This document shows, piece after piece, positions 27,338 to 29,191 of a stretch of 29,191 bases of DNA (position 1 is the first letter of the stretch; every line of letters begins with the position of its first letter). The position numbers were made by a program, and so were the translations under genes. Location: IMG/VR virus record IMGVR_UViG_3300020248_000007, positions 1-29,191 of that record; one strand, given 5' to 3'. This DNA comes from a virus. Lineage: Duplodnaviria; Caudoviricetes. Below the pieces are notes generated by a model, which saw only the letters and a list, made by a program, of their open reading frames with translations, did no database searches and had not been told where the DNA came from.

Positions 27338-27461
27338 TTAGTATTCCTGTAACTATGAATGGGCTTGGAGTATTACTACCCATCCAACCACAGTCTTTAC
27401 ACCCCCACATGGTTTCATCATCCCATGTATTTTTGCTATTACATCTTGGGCAAGGATTCAT
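27324..27461 (-). CDS. 45-aa Zn-ribbon microprotein (not in ORF track)
   Basis: MNPCPRCNSKNTWDDETMWGCKDCGWMGSNTPSPFIVTGILNAIL*. GGAG SD 7 nt upstream, CxxC-13-CxxC, fills the gap between two genes and overlaps the next start. Confidence 0.8.
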   Translation of the reverse strand: MNPCPRCNSKNTWDDETMWGCKDCGWMGSNTPSPFIVTGILNAIL

Positions 27462-27463
27462 TA

Positions 27464-27718
27464 TTATTCTCCGTATGGATTATTAGAAGAATATCTAGGA
27501 CCACCGTATGGAGGTTTATTCGCCGGGTCTTGTGTCTTCTCATATTTTTCATCTGACATTGTGCTAAATGAAACCAAAACTTCATGACTACAGTAGTAAT
27601 ACTTCTCTGGCTGTGTACTTATAAACATTAACCCTGAATCCAACATCTCTATACCTTCTGGTTTAATATCTTTCAGTACTTCTCTACGAGTATCTTTTCT
27701 CAGCAATATAACAACCAT
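27464..27718 (-). CDS. Hypothetical protein, first gene of the leftward operon
   Basis: Probable start MVVILL at 27718 (AGGA SD). The track's 27751 start overlaps the -10 box of the promoter. Confidence 0.6.
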   Translation of the reverse strand: MVVILLRKDTRREVLKDIKPEGIEMLDSGLMFISTQPEKYYYCSHEVLVSFSTMSDEKYEKTQDPANKPPYGGPRYSSNNPYGE

Positions 27719-27749
27719 AATAATCATCCTATGTGTTTTAAGAGTCTTC

Positions 27750-27779
27750 ACTATAGACGAAAGATCTTTCCTATGTCAA
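27750..27779 (-). promoter_or_regulatory. Sigma70-type promoter (host RNAP) for the late/leftward operon
   Basis: Minus strand TTGACA-18 nt-TATAGT; the spacer contains the perfect palindrome GAAAGATCTTTC. N4 late genes are transcribed by host sigma70 RNAP. Confidence 0.75.
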
Positions 27780-27834
27780 TAACCAAAATCACATAGCAAA
27801 TACCGTGCCAACTTAATACCTGAAAATTTAAGTA

Positions 27835-27882
27835 CCAGTCAAAATGACTGGCTCTATAAGAACCGGTCAAAACGACTGGTTC
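27835..27882. repeat. Two tandem dyad sites CC(A/G)GTC-AAAA(T/C)-GACTGG, 28-bp period
   Basis: CCAGTC aaaat GACTGG (27835-27851) and gaaCCGGTC aaaac GACTGGttc (27860-27882). Confidence 0.75.
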
Positions 27883-27971
27883 ATAAAAACTAAATTTAAC
27901 CAAACAACAATAACTTATGTCATATCTTCCCCTATATATAATAGAAGAACACTCCGAGGATACTACGCTAC

Positions 27972-27984
27972 AGTCCTACGGACT
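27972..27984 (+). promoter_or_regulatory. Possible N4 vRNAP-type hairpin (GNA triloop on minus/template strand)
   Basis: + strand AGTCC-TAC-GGACT; template strand AGTCC-GTA-GGACT with C:G closing pair. Weaker candidate because the loop centre is T. Confidence 0.35.
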
Positions 27985-28161
27985 TCACTTCGTACCTCTA
28001 CGTTAGACATATATACATATATACTTAGGAATAGATAGTAGAAATAAATTTCCTGTAATGTATATATAATATATAATAAAAATCATAGGGAAAATTGTGC
28101 TAGTTAAGTACTAAGGTAGTACTACATGTTTAGGAACTAAAAATTAAATATCCCCCCGGTA

Positions 28162-28174
28162 TATGCTTCGCATA
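28162..28174 (+). promoter_or_regulatory. N4 virion-RNAP-type early hairpin promoter
   Basis: + strand TATGC-TTC-GCATA; template strand forms a 5-bp stem with C-GAA-G triloop; 50 nt upstream of the gp1-like gene. Confidence 0.75.
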
Positions 28175-28223
28175 CAAATGGGTACGTACCCCACTTAACT
28201 AGTTAACTACAAGGATATATATC

Positions 28224-28499
28224 ATGGCTAAATCTATGACTAAGCAGACTTCTCATGACAACAATGGTCAAGAGCGTATTGGATTCTTCGGTATGTTACG
28301 TGCATTGTTCTCCATGATTGGTTATGCCTTTACATCAGGTGAACGTACTATGCGTTCGTTAGACAATGTGACTAAGGTGATGGAAGAACATTCTCATTAC
28401 TGGTCAGAGTCTGAAATGCTCAAACTTGAGTCGAAGTATCAAGACTTACAGGATGAGTTAGGTATCGAGGATGACTCAGCTAAGTCTAAATCTAATTAA
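28224..28499 (+). CDS. N4 gp1-like early protein
   Basis: 91 aa with AAGGA SD; LF......FTS.E....SLDN...V.EE.S pattern and first-early-gene position typical of N4-like gp1; followed by a terminator. Confidence 0.7.
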   Translation: MAKSMTKQTSHDNNGQERIGFFGMLRALFSMIGYAFTSGERTMRSLDNVTKVMEEHSHYWSESEMLKLESKYQDLQDELGIEDDSAKSKSN

Positions 28500-28506
28500 T
28501 ATAATT

Positions 28507-28537
28507 GAGTAGCTTCGGCTACTCTCTTTTATTTTTT
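28507..28537 (+). terminator. Rho-independent terminator
   Basis: GAGTAGC-TTCG-GCTACTC followed by TCTTTTATTTTTT. Confidence 0.9.
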
Positions 28538-28794
28538 AAGAGCACACAACACAACACTATCTTAGATAGCACAGATTATTAAGATATAAATTACTATTAA
28601 TATTATTAATTCTATATAGGGGATATAGATATTTATATTGTATTACACACTGTGTATTTAGTTATTATACTCTGTGTAACTACTATGTTACTGAGTACCT
28701 TATTTACTGCATAATTAGGTTTATCTCTATTTATATCTTATTTACTTATATATATTATTTAATATCTATTATATACTCTAAAATAATACATGAA

Positions 28795-28809
28795 ATATCC
28801 TTCGGATAT
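28795..28809 (+). promoter_or_regulatory. Second N4 vRNAP-type hairpin promoter
   Basis: + strand ATATCC-TTC-GGATAT; template strand forms a 6-bp stem with C-GAA-G triloop, at the end of an AT-rich tract and ~28 nt before an ATG with GGAG SD. Confidence 0.65.
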
Positions 28810-28836
28810 AGGTGATACTTATATTTGGAGACTAAT

Positions 28837-29112
28837 ATGAATTTTCCACCTGAACGTGTTGTATATGTAGAAGATGTTAATCATCTAAATGTACATGTAT
28901 TAACCCTAAATGAAACCAATCACAAATACTCTGATGAACAACGTAAAGTAGGTCAGCTTAGTTTGTTATTAGGTGATGAATGGGTAATACCAAAGTTATG
29001 GAACTTTATTAATGATACTACTCTTGAGGATGGTGTTTATCCTCGTGAAGGTTTCATTCTGTACGCAAATGTAATGCATGGTGAAGTTAATATTCATGAT
29101 GATTGCGATTAA
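28837..29112 (+). CDS. Hypothetical early protein
   Basis: Probable start MNFPPERV at 28837 (GGAG SD 6 nt upstream); flanked by a hairpin promoter and a terminator. Confidence 0.7.
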   Translation: MNFPPERVVYVEDVNHLNVHVLTLNETNHKYSDEQRKVGQLSLLLGDEWVIPKLWNFINDTTLEDGVYPREGFILYANVMHGEVNIHDDCD

Positions 29113-29114
29113 TC

Positions 29115-29146
29115 AATAGGGTGTCTTCGGGCACCTTATTTTTATT
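29115..29146 (+). terminator. Rho-independent terminator
   Basis: AATAGGGTGTC-TTCG-GGCACCTTATT followed by TTTATT. Confidence 0.8.
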
Positions 29147-29158
29147 GAGGAGATATCT

Positions 29159-29191
29159 ATGAATGGTAGTTTAAAAGTAGGTAGAGTAAGA
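29159..29191 (+). CDS. Start of next early gene (truncated)
   Basis: GAGGAG SD then ATG AAT GGT AGT TTA AAA GTA..., open to the window end. Confidence 0.6.
   Translation, partial: MNGSLKVGRVR

Noticed and set aside
27359-27556. 65-aa + strand ORF
   Set aside because: Antisense to the better supported Zn-ribbon microprotein and its upstream gene.
27835-27882. Possible mini-CRISPR array
   Set aside because: Only two ~17-bp units with an ~11-bp gap, far from repeat-spacer dimensions, and no cas genes.
27844-28038. 64-aa + strand ORF in the terminal gap
   Set aside because: No SD; it starts inside a dyad repeat and runs through low-complexity regulatory DNA.
28540-28790. Very AT-rich tract with small dyads (CTATC-TTA-GATAG, TACACA-C-TGTGTA)
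   Set aside because: Short dyads are expected by chance at this AT content and lack the GNA loop; no ORF or RNA gene can be supported.

Overview
This window is a segment of a lytic N4-like podovirus (Schitoviridae), about 35% GC by eye, probably from a marine gammaproteobacterial host (inferred from the tail-fibre style). Bases 1-27.7 kb are one minus-strand late region. In transcription order it holds a sigma70-type promoter (about 27750-27779), small accessory genes (a Zn-ribbon microprotein, three paralogous winged-helix proteins, a probable two-domain anti-defence protein), small and large terminase, a gp67-like adaptor and a T4 gp57A-like chaperone. A lysis cassette follows, then a ~12 kb tail/adsorption module, portal, scaffold-like gp57, major capsid and gp55/54/53-like genes. 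After an AT-rich gap that probably contains the genome termini, early genes start on the + strand behind N4 virion-RNAP-type hairpin promoters. The most unusual element is the lysis cassette. A stand-alone CheY-like receiver protein with an intact phosphorylation pocket overlaps a single-TM coiled-coil gene upstream and the endolysin downstream. The cassette is preceded by a 14-bp RNA stem that hides the first ribosome-binding site and contains a 5-codon uORF. This suggests signal-responsive control of lysis. All family assignments come from motif recognition and synteny; no database searches were run.
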